The translations under genes were made by a program, and so were the position numbers. The notes beneath the pieces were generated by a model. The model was not told the DNA's origin, did no database searches, and saw only the letters and a list, made by a program, of their open reading frames with translations. Positions 18,569-26,719 of a stretch of DNA of 64,000 nucleotides are shown here, in pieces. The DNA lies in NCBI GenBank assembly GCA_964520325.1, contig CAZFOB010000017.1, forward strand, positions 1,898 to 65,897, read 5' to 3'. This DNA is from an uncultured Actinomycetes bacterium (GTDB lineage: Bacteria > Actinomycetota > JAICYB01). The first letter of the stretch is position 1; each line of letters opens with the position of its first letter.

Positions 18569-19619
18569 GACGCGACGTCACGTGGACCATCGACATCCGC
18601 ATCGTCGACTCGAACGCCAGGTCGGTCGGTCCGCCGAGTTCGGCCGATGCGCCGGCGAATTTCATCGTCATCGACAGGTTGACGGTGCCGTCGAGTCGGA
18701 CGAGCTCGCTCGTGTCGGGGATGACGAGCGAGTCGGCATCCATCGACATCTTCCCTCCGATCGTGAACGAGGCGTTTTCGGCTCCGTTTGGGATCGGACC
18801 CGCCTGATCTCCCAGCCGCGATGCCATCTCGGCGAGGTTGAAGCTCATGTCGAGTGGGGCCTCGATCGCATGGTGGAATCGCGCGAGCCGGCCGGCGGAC
18901 GAATCCTCGTAGCCGTCGTGGCGCCCGGTCGACGTCATTTTGATGTCCCCGCTGCCGAACGGCAATGGGACGCTGGTCGATTCCGTCCAGGTATCGCCGG
19001 GCTTGACGGCGTCGGCCGGGAACCTCGGGAACATGAATTGGGAGCCGGCGCTCTCGGTGGGTGCTCCGGCCGGAAGCGACGCGAGTGAATCGAGGCTTGC
19101 GCCGGCGGCGCCGAAGAGACCACCCGTGCCCTTGACCGAGGCGATACGGCCGTCCGGAGCGATGCGCACGCGGAGCGTACTGTTTTCGGCAGGCGGGGTG
19201 GACACGTTCGGCTCGAAGCTGATGCCGCCGATCGTCATCTCAAGGGTCGCCGAACCGTCCTCCTCGAGATCGACAACCTCATAGCCCATGGCCGCGTGCA
19301 TCGTGCCCTCGAACGGCTGTGCGTCTGGGACGCCGATGGGCTTGGCCGTCACCGACATCGTGATGTCGTACGCCTGCTTCTCTCCCTCGGCGAACGCGTA
19401 ACGGAACGCAACGGCCTCGGCGCTCCCCGACGAACGAAGCACGAACGCGGTCCCCGCAACGATCACGACGAGCGCGGCGGCGATGACGGCCCACTTCGGC
19501 TTGCGTCGTGACGGCGCACTCGGCGCGACGACGAATTCTTCCTTCCATGGAGCGCCCGAAGGCGCATCCGGCGATGGAGCTCCCCAAGCCGCATCCGGGA
19601 GGTACGCGGAATCAGTCAT
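18558..19619 (-). CDS. Hypothetical membrane-anchored protein (single N-terminal TM, Ser/Gly/Ala-rich ectodomain)
   Basis: TM segment WAVIAAALVVIVAGTAFVL. No recognised motif. Confidence 0.45.
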   Translation of the reverse strand: MTDSAYLPDAAWGAPSPDAPSGAPWKEEFVVAPSAPSRRKPKWAVIAAALVVIVAGTAFVLRSSGSAEAVAFRYAFAEGEKQAYDITMSVTAKPIGVPDAQPFEGTMHAAMGYEVVDLEEDGSATLEMTIGGISFEPNVSTPPAENSTLRVRIAPDGRIASVKGTGGLFGAAGASLDSLASLPAGAPTESAGSQFMFPRFPADAVKPGDTWTESTSVPLPFGSGDIKMTSTGRHDGYEDSSAGRLARFHHAIEAPLDMSFNLAEMASRLGDQAGPIPNGAENASFTIGGKMSMDADSLVIPDTSELVRLDGTVNLSMTMKFAGASAELGGPTDLAFESTMRMSMVHVTSRPMS

Positions 19620-19663
19620 CCCGTTAATGGCTATCGGAAGGGCGATGGCGGAACTGAAGCCTT

Positions 19664-20116
19664 CTAGGTAGTACCCGTGACCTGCTTGTCGAGGCGCTCG
19701 AGGGTTGCCTGCATGCCCTCGGGGTGCTTCTTGGGATAGCCCATCCTTTCGATGAACCGAGGTGAGATGGCATTCGAGTAGTCGAATGTCTCGGTCACCT
19801 TGGTTCCGCCCTCGGCGGGCTCCAGTTCGTATCGCCAGACGTGGCGTCCGAAGTGGCGCCAGCCGATGCGCTTGCCGTCTTCGAACTCGACGACCTTGTT
19901 CGTGATGCGGTACGGCGCACCGATCTTCATGCCCATCCCGAACTTCGCTCCGAGCTCGAGGCGCTCTGGATTGCCGAGCTTCGACTTCTTGACCGTCCCC
20001 GATCCGTCGATCACCGGGTGCATCGCCGGATCTGCGATGACGTCGAAGATCTTCTGCGCGGGCGCGTTGATCACGCGTGATACCGAAACGCTTCTCTTGG
20101 CGTCTTTCGCGCTCAT
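19664..20116 (-). CDS. SRPBCC (polyketide cyclase/START-like) fold protein
   Basis: Internal Met start (MSAKDAKRSVSVSRVINAPAQKIFDVIADP…). The ATG overlaps the nadA stop (ATGA). Confidence 0.6.
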   Translation of the reverse strand: MSAKDAKRSVSVSRVINAPAQKIFDVIADPAMHPVIDGSGTVKKSKLGNPERLELGAKFGMGMKIGAPYRITNKVVEFEDGKRIGWRHFGRHVWRYELEPAEGGTKVTETFDYSNAISPRFIERMGYPKKHPEGMQATLERLDKQVTGTT

Positions 20117-21042
20117 GAGATAGCCACCATCCTGTCGATCGCGCCGCGAGCCTTCTCGGCGATGTCGGGCGGCACCGTGATCTTGTGCTCGAGATTCTCG
20201 AGCGACCACAGCACCTTGGGCAACGTGATCCGCTTCATGAATTGACACACCGCGCCCGGCGTGGCCGCGATGAACTCTTTGTCTGGGACTTCCTTCTTGA
20301 GGCGGTGAAGGATACCGGTCTCCGTCGCGACAACGAGCGTCTTTCGTTTCGTGGACTTGGCGTGCATCACCATGCCCTCGGTGGACAGGATGTGCGTTCC
20401 GTTGCTCTCGATGTCGCCCTCGCCCAAGTGGTACATCGTCTGCGTCACGCAACCGCACTCAGGATGGATCAGCAGGTCTGAATCCGGGTACTTGATCCGC
20501 ATCTCGCCGATATCGGCCGGGTCGATCCCGGCATGCACGTGACATTCTCCGAGCCAGATGTGCATCTTCCGTCCCGTCTTCTTCTCGAGGTAAGCGCCGA
20601 GGAACATGTCGGGGAGGAAGAGGATCTCCTTGTCCTCTGGGATCGAGTTGATGATGGCTTCGGCGTTGCCGGACGTGCAGCAGTAGTCGGAGAGGGCTTT
20701 CACCTCGGCCGTGGTGTTCACGTACGAGACGACGACGGCTCCCGGGTACTCGGCCTTCCAACGCGCAAGGTCCGCGGCCGTGATGGTCGCGGCGAGCGAG
20801 CACCCTGCTTCGAGATCGGGGAGGAGGACCGTCTTTTCGGGGCACAGGATGACTGCGGTCTCGGCCATGAAGTGCACACCGCAGAACACGATGACATCTG
20901 CCTGGGTGGCGGCGGCCTGACGGGACAGCCCGAGCGAATCACCAACGTAGTCGGCGACGTCCTGCACCTCTGGGACCTGGTAGTTGTGAGCGAGGATGAC
21001 CGCGTTGCGCTCACGCGCGAGCTCCCGGATCCGCGCGGACAT
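20113..21042 (-). CDS. nadA: Quinolinate synthase
   Basis: NadA motifs (NAVILAHNYQ, CGVHFMAETA, HPECGC, LSTEGM). ATG at 21042. A GTG about 50 nt upstream is an alternative start. Confidence 0.9.
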   Translation of the reverse strand: MSARIRELARERNAVILAHNYQVPEVQDVADYVGDSLGLSRQAAATQADVIVFCGVHFMAETAVILCPEKTVLLPDLEAGCSLAATITAADLARWKAEYPGAVVVSYVNTTAEVKALSDYCCTSGNAEAIINSIPEDKEILFLPDMFLGAYLEKKTGRKMHIWLGECHVHAGIDPADIGEMRIKYPDSDLLIHPECGCVTQTMYHLGEGDIESNGTHILSTEGMVMHAKSTKRKTLVVATETGILHRLKKEVPDKEFIAATPGAVCQFMKRITLPKVLWSLENLEHKITVPPDIAEKARGAIDRMVAIS

Positions 21043-21085
21043 GGCGGCCGTGCCCACGGGCTTGTCGGTTTCGGCGTCAGAGCTT

Positions 21086-21099
21086 GTGAAAGATTTCAC
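21086..21099. promoter_or_regulatory. Palindrome GTGAAAgaTTTCAC about 45 nt upstream of nadA (candidate NAD-regulator operator)
   Basis: Read directly. 6-2-6 dyad in the nadA-pncA intergenic region. Confidence 0.3.
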
Positions 21100-21140
21100 G
21101 ATCTCGCGTCGTCTCCACTCGCATCGGGTAGATGGGTTGA

Positions 21141-21707
21141 CTACGAGTTTATCTCGTCGGAGCTTGCGAGCGTGGCTCCGGCTTTGCGCATCTCGCCGAT
21201 CGCTCGCTCGCCGTCGGCCACCCCGGTGTCGACCGCTGCGACCGCGTCCACCACGAGAACGGCATCGAAGCCGTTCTCGATGGCTTCGAAGACCGTCTCG
21301 CGTACACCGTAGTCGGTCGCGAGTCCCGTCACGAAGACCCGTGTGACGTCCATCTCGCGGAGGCGGTCGGCCAGGTCGGTGCCGGCGAAGCCGGAATGGC
21401 CGTCCACATCCAGATCCGTCCCCTTCTGGACGACGTCGTCGATCTTCGCGATGTTCAGTCCGGGATGGAACTCCGCGCCCAACGTCTCCCGGACGCAGTG
21501 CTCGGGCCACGGTCCGCCCTGCTCGACGAAGGAGGAGTGGCCCGGCGGGTGGAAGTCCTGCGTAGCGATCACGTGGTGGAAGTTCGGCATGAGCCAGTTG
21601 ATGACGTCGATGACATCGTCGCCACCGGGCACGGCGACGGCTCCGCCAGGGCAGTAGTCGTTCTGGACGTCGACGACGACAAGCGCGTCGTGCTCGGTGA
21701 TGTTCAT
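21141..21707 (-). CDS. pncA: Nicotinamidase/pyrazinamidase (isochorismatase family)
   Basis: VVVDVQNDYCPGGA motif and catalytic-triad context. Confidence 0.8.
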   Translation of the reverse strand: MNITEHDALVVVDVQNDYCPGGAVAVPGGDDVIDVINWLMPNFHHVIATQDFHPPGHSSFVEQGGPWPEHCVRETLGAEFHPGLNIAKIDDVVQKGTDLDVDGHSGFAGTDLADRLREMDVTRVFVTGLATDYGVRETVFEAIENGFDAVLVVDAVAAVDTGVADGERAIGEMRKAGATLASSDEINS

Positions 21708-21733
21708 GCCGGGCCACTGTATAGAGTTCCGAG

Positions 21734-22501
21734 ATGCCTGAATCCGTCAACGTCGAGCGTCACGGACCGGTGGCGGTCGTGCGATTGGACCGCCCGAAGG
21801 TCAACGCGCTGAACCAGCAGGTCGTCGAGGAGTTGAACGAGGCGTGCGCGCAGCTCGAAGAGGACCATTCGGCTCGGGTGGCGATCGTCTACGGCGGTGA
21901 GCGCACGTTCTCGGCGGGTGCCGACCTCAAGGAGATGGCCCAGGGCACGCCGTCGGACGTCCGGGAGCGTGTCGGCGCGCTGCAGAAGGTGTGCGACCGC
22001 ATCGAGGCTCTTCCCCTCGTGACGATCGCAGCCATCACCGGATACGCGCTCGGCGGTGGGTGCGAGATCGCGATGGCGTGTGACTTCCGCTTTGCCGTCG
22101 GCAACGCGAAGCTCGGCCAGCCCGAGATCGTGGTCGGGTTGATCCCCGGTGCCGGTGGCACCCAGCGACTTCCCCGACTCGTGGGACCTGCACGCGCGAA
22201 GTGGATGATCTTCACCGGTGAGTTCGTCGATGCACCGACGGCGCTTGCGTGGGGGCTGATCGACGAGGTCGCCCAAGGCGACGTCCTCGAGCTCGCCCTC
22301 ACGCATGCAAGCAGGTACGCCTCCGGTCCGACGCTATCGCTCGCGGCGGCCAAGCGGGCGATCAACCACGGTGTACGCACCGATGGTTTCGACCTCGAGC
22401 TCGATGAGTTCGTGAAGCTCTTCGACACGAGGGACACGTTGCACGGGCTCGAGAGCTTCGAGGCCAACGGCCCGGGCAAAGCTACTTACGAGGGACGATG
22501 A
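21734..22501 (+). CDS. Enoyl-CoA hydratase/isomerase (crotonase) family protein
   Basis: Crotonase fold motifs (VNALNQ, FSAGADLKEM, GGGCEIAMACDFR). Confidence 0.85.
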   Translation: MPESVNVERHGPVAVVRLDRPKVNALNQQVVEELNEACAQLEEDHSARVAIVYGGERTFSAGADLKEMAQGTPSDVRERVGALQKVCDRIEALPLVTIAAITGYALGGGCEIAMACDFRFAVGNAKLGQPEIVVGLIPGAGGTQRLPRLVGPARAKWMIFTGEFVDAPTALAWGLIDEVAQGDVLELALTHASRYASGPTLSLAAAKRAINHGVRTDGFDLELDEFVKLFDTRDTLHGLESFEANGPGKATYEGR

Positions 22502-22545
22502 GCGACTGCGGAGCGCGCAGCGCGGAGCAAGCGAGAATGAGATGA
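22498..22545 (+). other. Mini-ORF 1 (15 codons, MSDCGARSAEQARMR). Its ATG overlaps the echA stop and its stop overlaps the next ATG.
   Basis: Codon-by-codon reading. ATGA overlaps at both ends. Confidence 0.3.
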
Positions 22546-22589
22546 GCGACTGCGAAGCGCGCAGCGCGGAGCAAGCGAGGATGAGATGA
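22542..22589 (+). other. Mini-ORF 2 (15 codons, MSDCEARSAEQARMR). Its stop overlaps the PaaI ATG.
   Basis: Codon-by-codon reading. ATGA overlaps at both ends. Confidence 0.3.
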
Positions 22590-23014
22590 GCGACTGGGAC
22601 ACCGACCCGGTGAAGGCTTCGAACGACTTCTTCGGCCCGCTCGTCCCAGGACAGCTCGGATGCGTGTTCACCGAGGTATCGAAGGATCTGGTCGTGGGGC
22701 AGATCCACGTGACGCACAACCTCATCGCCGGCACCGGCTACCTCTTCGCACCGGCGGTGATCGCGCTCGCCGACACGCTGTGCGCGATCGGTACTCCGAG
22801 CAACGCGCCGCCGGACTCAACGTTCACTACGATCGAGCTCAAGACCAACTTCCTCGGCTCGGCCCGCGAGGGCGAGACCATCGAGGGACGTGCAACGCCT
22901 CGCCATGTCGGCAGGACGACGCAGGTGTGGGATTGCGAAGTCCGCAACATCACGACAGACCGCACGATCGCGCTCTTCCGCAACACTCAGATGATCCTTC
23001 CGAGGCGGGCCTGA
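22586..23014 (+). CDS. PaaI-family (hotdog fold) acyl-CoA thioesterase
   Basis: Hotdog/4HBT-like sequence (…GQIHVTHNLIAGTGYLFAPAVIALADT…GRTTQVWDCEV…). Confidence 0.75.
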   Translation: MSDWDTDPVKASNDFFGPLVPGQLGCVFTEVSKDLVVGQIHVTHNLIAGTGYLFAPAVIALADTLCAIGTPSNAPPDSTFTTIELKTNFLGSAREGETIEGRATPRHVGRTTQVWDCEVRNITTDRTIALFRNTQMILPRRA

Positions 23015-23016
23015 AG

Positions 23017-23406
23017 ATGGCCGAGGCGAGCCGGAAGATGGCGCGTGTTCTGGTGATCGACGACGACCCGCAGGTATTGAAGCTCGTGCAGATCAACCTC
23101 GAGAGCGAGGGATTCGAGGTGGAGACTGCGAGCGACGGGTCCGAAGCGCTCGACGCAGTCGCGCGCGAGAAGCCGGACGCCGTTGTGTGCGACCTCATGA
23201 TGCCGGTGACCGACGGTTTCACGGTCCTCCGGACGCTTCGGCTTGACCCGGAGACCAAGAAGATCCCGTTCGTGATCCTTTCGGCGAAGACGATGCCCGC
23301 CGACATCAAGCAGGCGCTCGAGATGGGCGCCGACCGCTACATCACCAAGCCGTTCGACCCGCAGGAACTCATCGATACGGTCACGCGGCTGCTCGCACCC
23401 GATTAG
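23017..23406 (+). CDS. Single-domain response regulator (CheY-like receiver)
   Basis: VLVIDDD…D…LMMPVTDG…SAKT. 129 aa, no output domain. Confidence 0.8.
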   Translation: MAEASRKMARVLVIDDDPQVLKLVQINLESEGFEVETASDGSEALDAVAREKPDAVVCDLMMPVTDGFTVLRTLRLDPETKKIPFVILSAKTMPADIKQALEMGADRYITKPFDPQELIDTVTRLLAPD

Positions 23407-24053
23407 GCCTGCGGAGCGACGACACCGGCGTCGAACGCGAGCACGATCGCCGCTGCTCTGTCACGGAGGTGGAGCTTGGTGAAGATGTGCCCGACGTGGC
23501 TCTTCACCGTCACCTCGCCGATGAACAGCTCCTCGGCGATCTCGGCGTTGCTGCGTCCTCGTCCGATGAGCTCGAGGACCTCGAGCTCTCGGGCGGTGAG
23601 GTGCTTGAGGTCGGCCGCCGGCTTGCTGGGCGTGGTCCCGCGGTAAGCAGCGAGCACACGGCCGGTCACGCCAGGGTCGAGCCAGGCTTCGCCATCGGCG
23701 ACTGTTCGCAACGCTCTCACGATCTCCTCGCCGGGAGCGTCCTTCAGCTGGAACCCCGCGGCACCGGCGCGCAGCGCGGCCGAGAGGAGCTCGTCGTCGT
23801 CGAACGTTGTCAGGACGAGGACGGGCGGCGCATCGGCGCGCTCGCGGAGGCGTGTCGTTGCCTCGACGCCGTCCACTCGCTTCATGCGGATGTCCATCAC
23901 GACGACGTCCGGCTCGTGTTCTCGGACGGCGGCGGGGACCTCGTCGCCGTCCTCGCATTCCGCGACGACCTCGAGGTCGTCGGTCGTGGCGATGATCCGT
24001 CCGAGGCCTGAACGCACGAGCTCCTGATCATCGACGAGCAGGACGCGGATCAT
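23403..24053 (-). CDS. NarL/FixJ (LuxR) family two-component response regulator
   Basis: Receiver (IRVLLVDDQELVRSGL) plus LuxR HTH (LTARELEVLELIGRGRSNAEIAEELFIGEVTVKSHV). Confidence 0.85.
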   Translation of the reverse strand: MIRVLLVDDQELVRSGLGRIIATTDDLEVVAECEDGDEVPAAVREHEPDVVVMDIRMKRVDGVEATTRLRERADAPPVLVLTTFDDDELLSAALRAGAAGFQLKDAPGEEIVRALRTVADGEAWLDPGVTGRVLAAYRGTTPSKPAADLKHLTARELEVLELIGRGRSNAEIAEELFIGEVTVKSHVGHIFTKLHLRDRAAAIVLAFDAGVVAPQA

Positions 24054-25234
24054 GCGACGGGCTTGGGTGCGACCACGGACACCGCCCACCCGTCGTGTTC
24101 GTCGATGGCGAGTTCGCCGCCGAGCAGTGCCGCGCGCTCGGCCATGCCGCGCAGACCAAGTCCGGCGACGTTTCTCGCCATGCCGTTCGTCCGTTTGTTG
24201 TGGACGCGCAAGGAAACGTTCTTCTCGCCGACGTCCAGCTCGACGAGGACGGCGGCACCAGGCGCGTGCTTCACCGCGTTGGTGAGGGACTCCTGGATGA
24301 TCCGGTAAAGATTCAGTCCCGCGGCCGGTGAAAGATCAGCGAGTTGTCCGTTGACCGTCAACGCTGCGTCGAGTCCCGCGGCGCAGAAGTCCGATACGAG
24401 CTTCGGCAGATCGACGACGCCGGGCATCGGCGCTGCGGTTGCGCTCTCTTCGGGGCCGAGCAGACCGACCGTGCGTCTGACTTCGTTCAAGCTGTTGCGT
24501 CCCTGGGTCTCCGCGGCCTTCAAGGCATCGAGAGCGTCGGAGGTCCTGCCGCGCTCGAGCGCCATGCGCGCGGCGGTCACGTGCAGCATGGTCACGCTGA
24601 GCGAGTGCGCGATGACGTCGTGCACTTCCCGCGCGATGCGACCACGCTCGTCCGACGCGGCCTTTTCCGCCAGGCCTGCTTGTGCTTCCATGAGTTGCTG
24701 CTTCCTCGCGTCGAGCTCGCCGACCATGAACCCACCGAACCAGCCGAACGTGATGCCGATCACCCAGATGAAGGAACCGTCGAACCGACCGAGGACTTCG
24801 CCGGCAACCACCACGGCAACGCCGAGGAGGCAGCCCCAGAGACCCAAGCGCTTTCGGCGTCCCGCCCGGGTTGCGACCTCTGCGGCAGTGAACACGAGGA
24901 CGAACGGCGAGAAGTCGGTTTCGACCTGGTGAAATGCGAGGTAGCCGATCCCCGCCACAACCGCAAGCGGGAAGAGCGGGAGGGGCAGGCCTACCTGCCG
25001 ACGTGTGAAGACCGCAAGAACGTCGAGGAGGTAGGGAAGGAATGCGACGGCAGCCGCGAGCGTGGCGCCGGCGAAGGTGTATCCGAACGGGATTCCCGGC
25101 CGATCCCAGTACTCACGTCGCTGGAGGATCGCGGCTGCCAAGTTGATCCCGACGAACGCTGCGGCTCCGATCGGTACGAACTTCGGCCATTCGTCGAGAG
25201 CGGCGTCGGGTGGGGGAACTGCGCGTGCGGACAT
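24050..25234 (-). CDS. Sensor histidine kinase (HisKA_3/NarX-DesK type) with N-terminal membrane domain
   Basis: H-box REVHDVIAHSLS plus HATPase_c (GLGLRGMAERAALLGGEL). Four or five hydrophobic helices. ATG at 25234. Confidence 0.8.
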   Translation of the reverse strand: MSARAVPPPDAALDEWPKFVPIGAAAFVGINLAAAILQRREYWDRPGIPFGYTFAGATLAAAVAFLPYLLDVLAVFTRRQVGLPLPLFPLAVVAGIGYLAFHQVETDFSPFVLVFTAAEVATRAGRRKRLGLWGCLLGVAVVVAGEVLGRFDGSFIWVIGITFGWFGGFMVGELDARKQQLMEAQAGLAEKAASDERGRIAREVHDVIAHSLSVTMLHVTAARMALERGRTSDALDALKAAETQGRNSLNEVRRTVGLLGPEESATAAPMPGVVDLPKLVSDFCAAGLDAALTVNGQLADLSPAAGLNLYRIIQESLTNAVKHAPGAAVLVELDVGEKNVSLRVHNKRTNGMARNVAGLGLRGMAERAALLGGELAIDEHDGWAVSVVAPKPVA

Positions 25235-25419
25235 GGGTCCAGCGTAGGCGGCCCGCCGCCTTGCCTCTTCCTCCCCAGGTCGTGTCCGCCCTCCACCCAC
25301 AGGAGGAGGACGCGCTCCACTCAAAGGTTGCGTCGGAATCGTCCTCCGGCACGATGCCCCTTTTGCTCTGCGGTCCTACGGTTCATTTGTCAGATCCGCC
25401 GGCCGAAAGGAGCCCCGAG

Positions 25420-25803
25420 ATGCGCAAGGAAGACAAGATCAGAGAGTTGGAGCTGTTCTCCGGCTGCGGCACCGACGAGGCCCGATGGGTGGCTCGCAAC
25501 GCGGATGAGGTCGAGGTGGCAGCCGGCGAGACGCTCGCCGTGGCGGGGACGAAGGTCCGTGAGTTCTTCGTCGTTCTCGACGGCGTGCTCGGTTCCGACG
25601 GTGGATCGATGTTCACACGACCGGCGCACTTCGGAGAGATCGGACTGATCAGCGGCGGTTGCCACGTCGAGTCGATCCACGCGTTGACGACCTGCCGTGT
25701 GCTTGTCTTCGACGCACGAGGCTTCAACGGATTGCTCGCGCGCGTACCGGCAGTTGCCCGCAAGCTGATGCGCGAGCTCGTCGAGCGCGTAGCGGCCGCT
25801 TAG
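25420..25803 (+). CDS. Standalone cyclic-nucleotide-binding domain protein
   Basis: cNMP-binding signature (…FGEIGLISGG…RTA…). RBS GAAAGGAG 7 nt upstream of the ATG. Confidence 0.7.
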   Translation: MRKEDKIRELELFSGCGTDEARWVARNADEVEVAAGETLAVAGTKVREFFVVLDGVLGSDGGSMFTRPAHFGEIGLISGGCHVESIHALTTCRVLVFDARGFNGLLARVPAVARKLMRELVERVAAA

Positions 25804-26699
25804 GAGTCCGCTGGGCGAAGCGCTCTCGCAGTTTCGTGGGGGTCGGCTGCCACGATCGGCAGCTCGGCCCCCATCTCGAGTCCGCCCCAGATGGCGATGC
25901 GCGGCATGAGGTGAGCGTGCCAGTGGAAGGCAGCGGTACCCGCGGGAGCGGTGTGCATCACGAGGTTGAACGGGAGCGAGTCGCCGAAGTGGGAAACGCT
26001 TCGGCGCACGGCTGAGGCCAGCGCTTCGGCCACCGTCGGCAGCTCGTCGTCGGCGAGATCGGTAAGACGCGGCGTGCAGCGGCCGATCACGAGCAACTCT
26101 CCAGCCACGAAGGGCACGGGGTGGGCGACGACTCTGAAGTCGCCGGTCTCGGTGATCAGGAGCTCGTCGTCGTCGCGCATGGCGCACGCGATGCACGGAC
26201 CGTCGGCGAAGCTCTCGGATTCGCGTTCGAGAGAAGGCGGGATCGCACCGAGCCCGAAGATCTGCCCGTGCGCATGGGTACGTGAGGCACCGGCCGCCCG
26301 TCCGCGGTTCCAGACCGCAACAACGGCCGGTGTCGGCGCGGCCCGGACCCGTTCGCGATACGCGGTCACAACGTCCGTTCGTTCGTCCAGGTCCTGTTCC
26401 TCGTACCGGGTCAGGTGGTGTGGCGTGTGGAACACCACTTCGTGGAATGGCGCGGCGGGGTAGAGGTTGGGGACGACGCGAACGCTCCAGCCCGGTCCAT
26501 CGGGGGCCGAACCCCGGCCATCCATGGAGGCACGGATCGAGAAGGTCTCCGGGGGTGTCCGCTGTTCCTGCCCGCCGCAGAAGTCGCACGGCTCTGCGTC
26601 CGGCCTGTACTTCTCGAGCGCGGGTGCGCCGCGGGCCGCGCGCTCGGGGGCGAGCAGTACGCTGCGGCGTCCTAAGGGGTCGAACCGAAGCTCGGGCAT
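25800..26699 (-). CDS. galT: Galactose-1-phosphate uridylyltransferase family protein (HIT-like)
   Basis: CDFCGG zinc motif and HAHGQIFG (HxHxQ) active-site motif. Confidence 0.7.
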   Translation of the reverse strand: MPELRFDPLGRRSVLLAPERAARGAPALEKYRPDAEPCDFCGGQEQRTPPETFSIRASMDGRGSAPDGPGWSVRVVPNLYPAAPFHEVVFHTPHHLTRYEEQDLDERTDVVTAYRERVRAAPTPAVVAVWNRGRAAGASRTHAHGQIFGLGAIPPSLERESESFADGPCIACAMRDDDELLITETGDFRVVAHPVPFVAGELLVIGRCTPRLTDLADDELPTVAEALASAVRRSVSHFGDSLPFNLVMHTAPAGTAAFHWHAHLMPRIAIWGGLEMGAELPIVAADPHETARALRPADS

Positions 26700-26719
26700 A
26701 GCCCTCCTATCATGACCGG

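Larger units (their letters stand above)
22498..22600 (+). repeat. Tandem direct repeat: 2.3 copies of a 44-bp unit (ATGAGCGACTGCGRAGCGCGCAGCGCGGAGCAAGCGAGRATGAG) ending in the PaaI start
   Basis: Read directly. Copies at 22498-22541 and 22542-22585, partial third copy from 22586. The two full copies differ at 2 positions. Confidence 0.85.

Noticed and set aside
22498-22600. Whether the 44-bp direct repeats are a CRISPR array.
   Set aside because: There are only 2.3 copies and no spacers (the copies are contiguous). The repeat includes a start codon and coding sequence. No cas genes are present.
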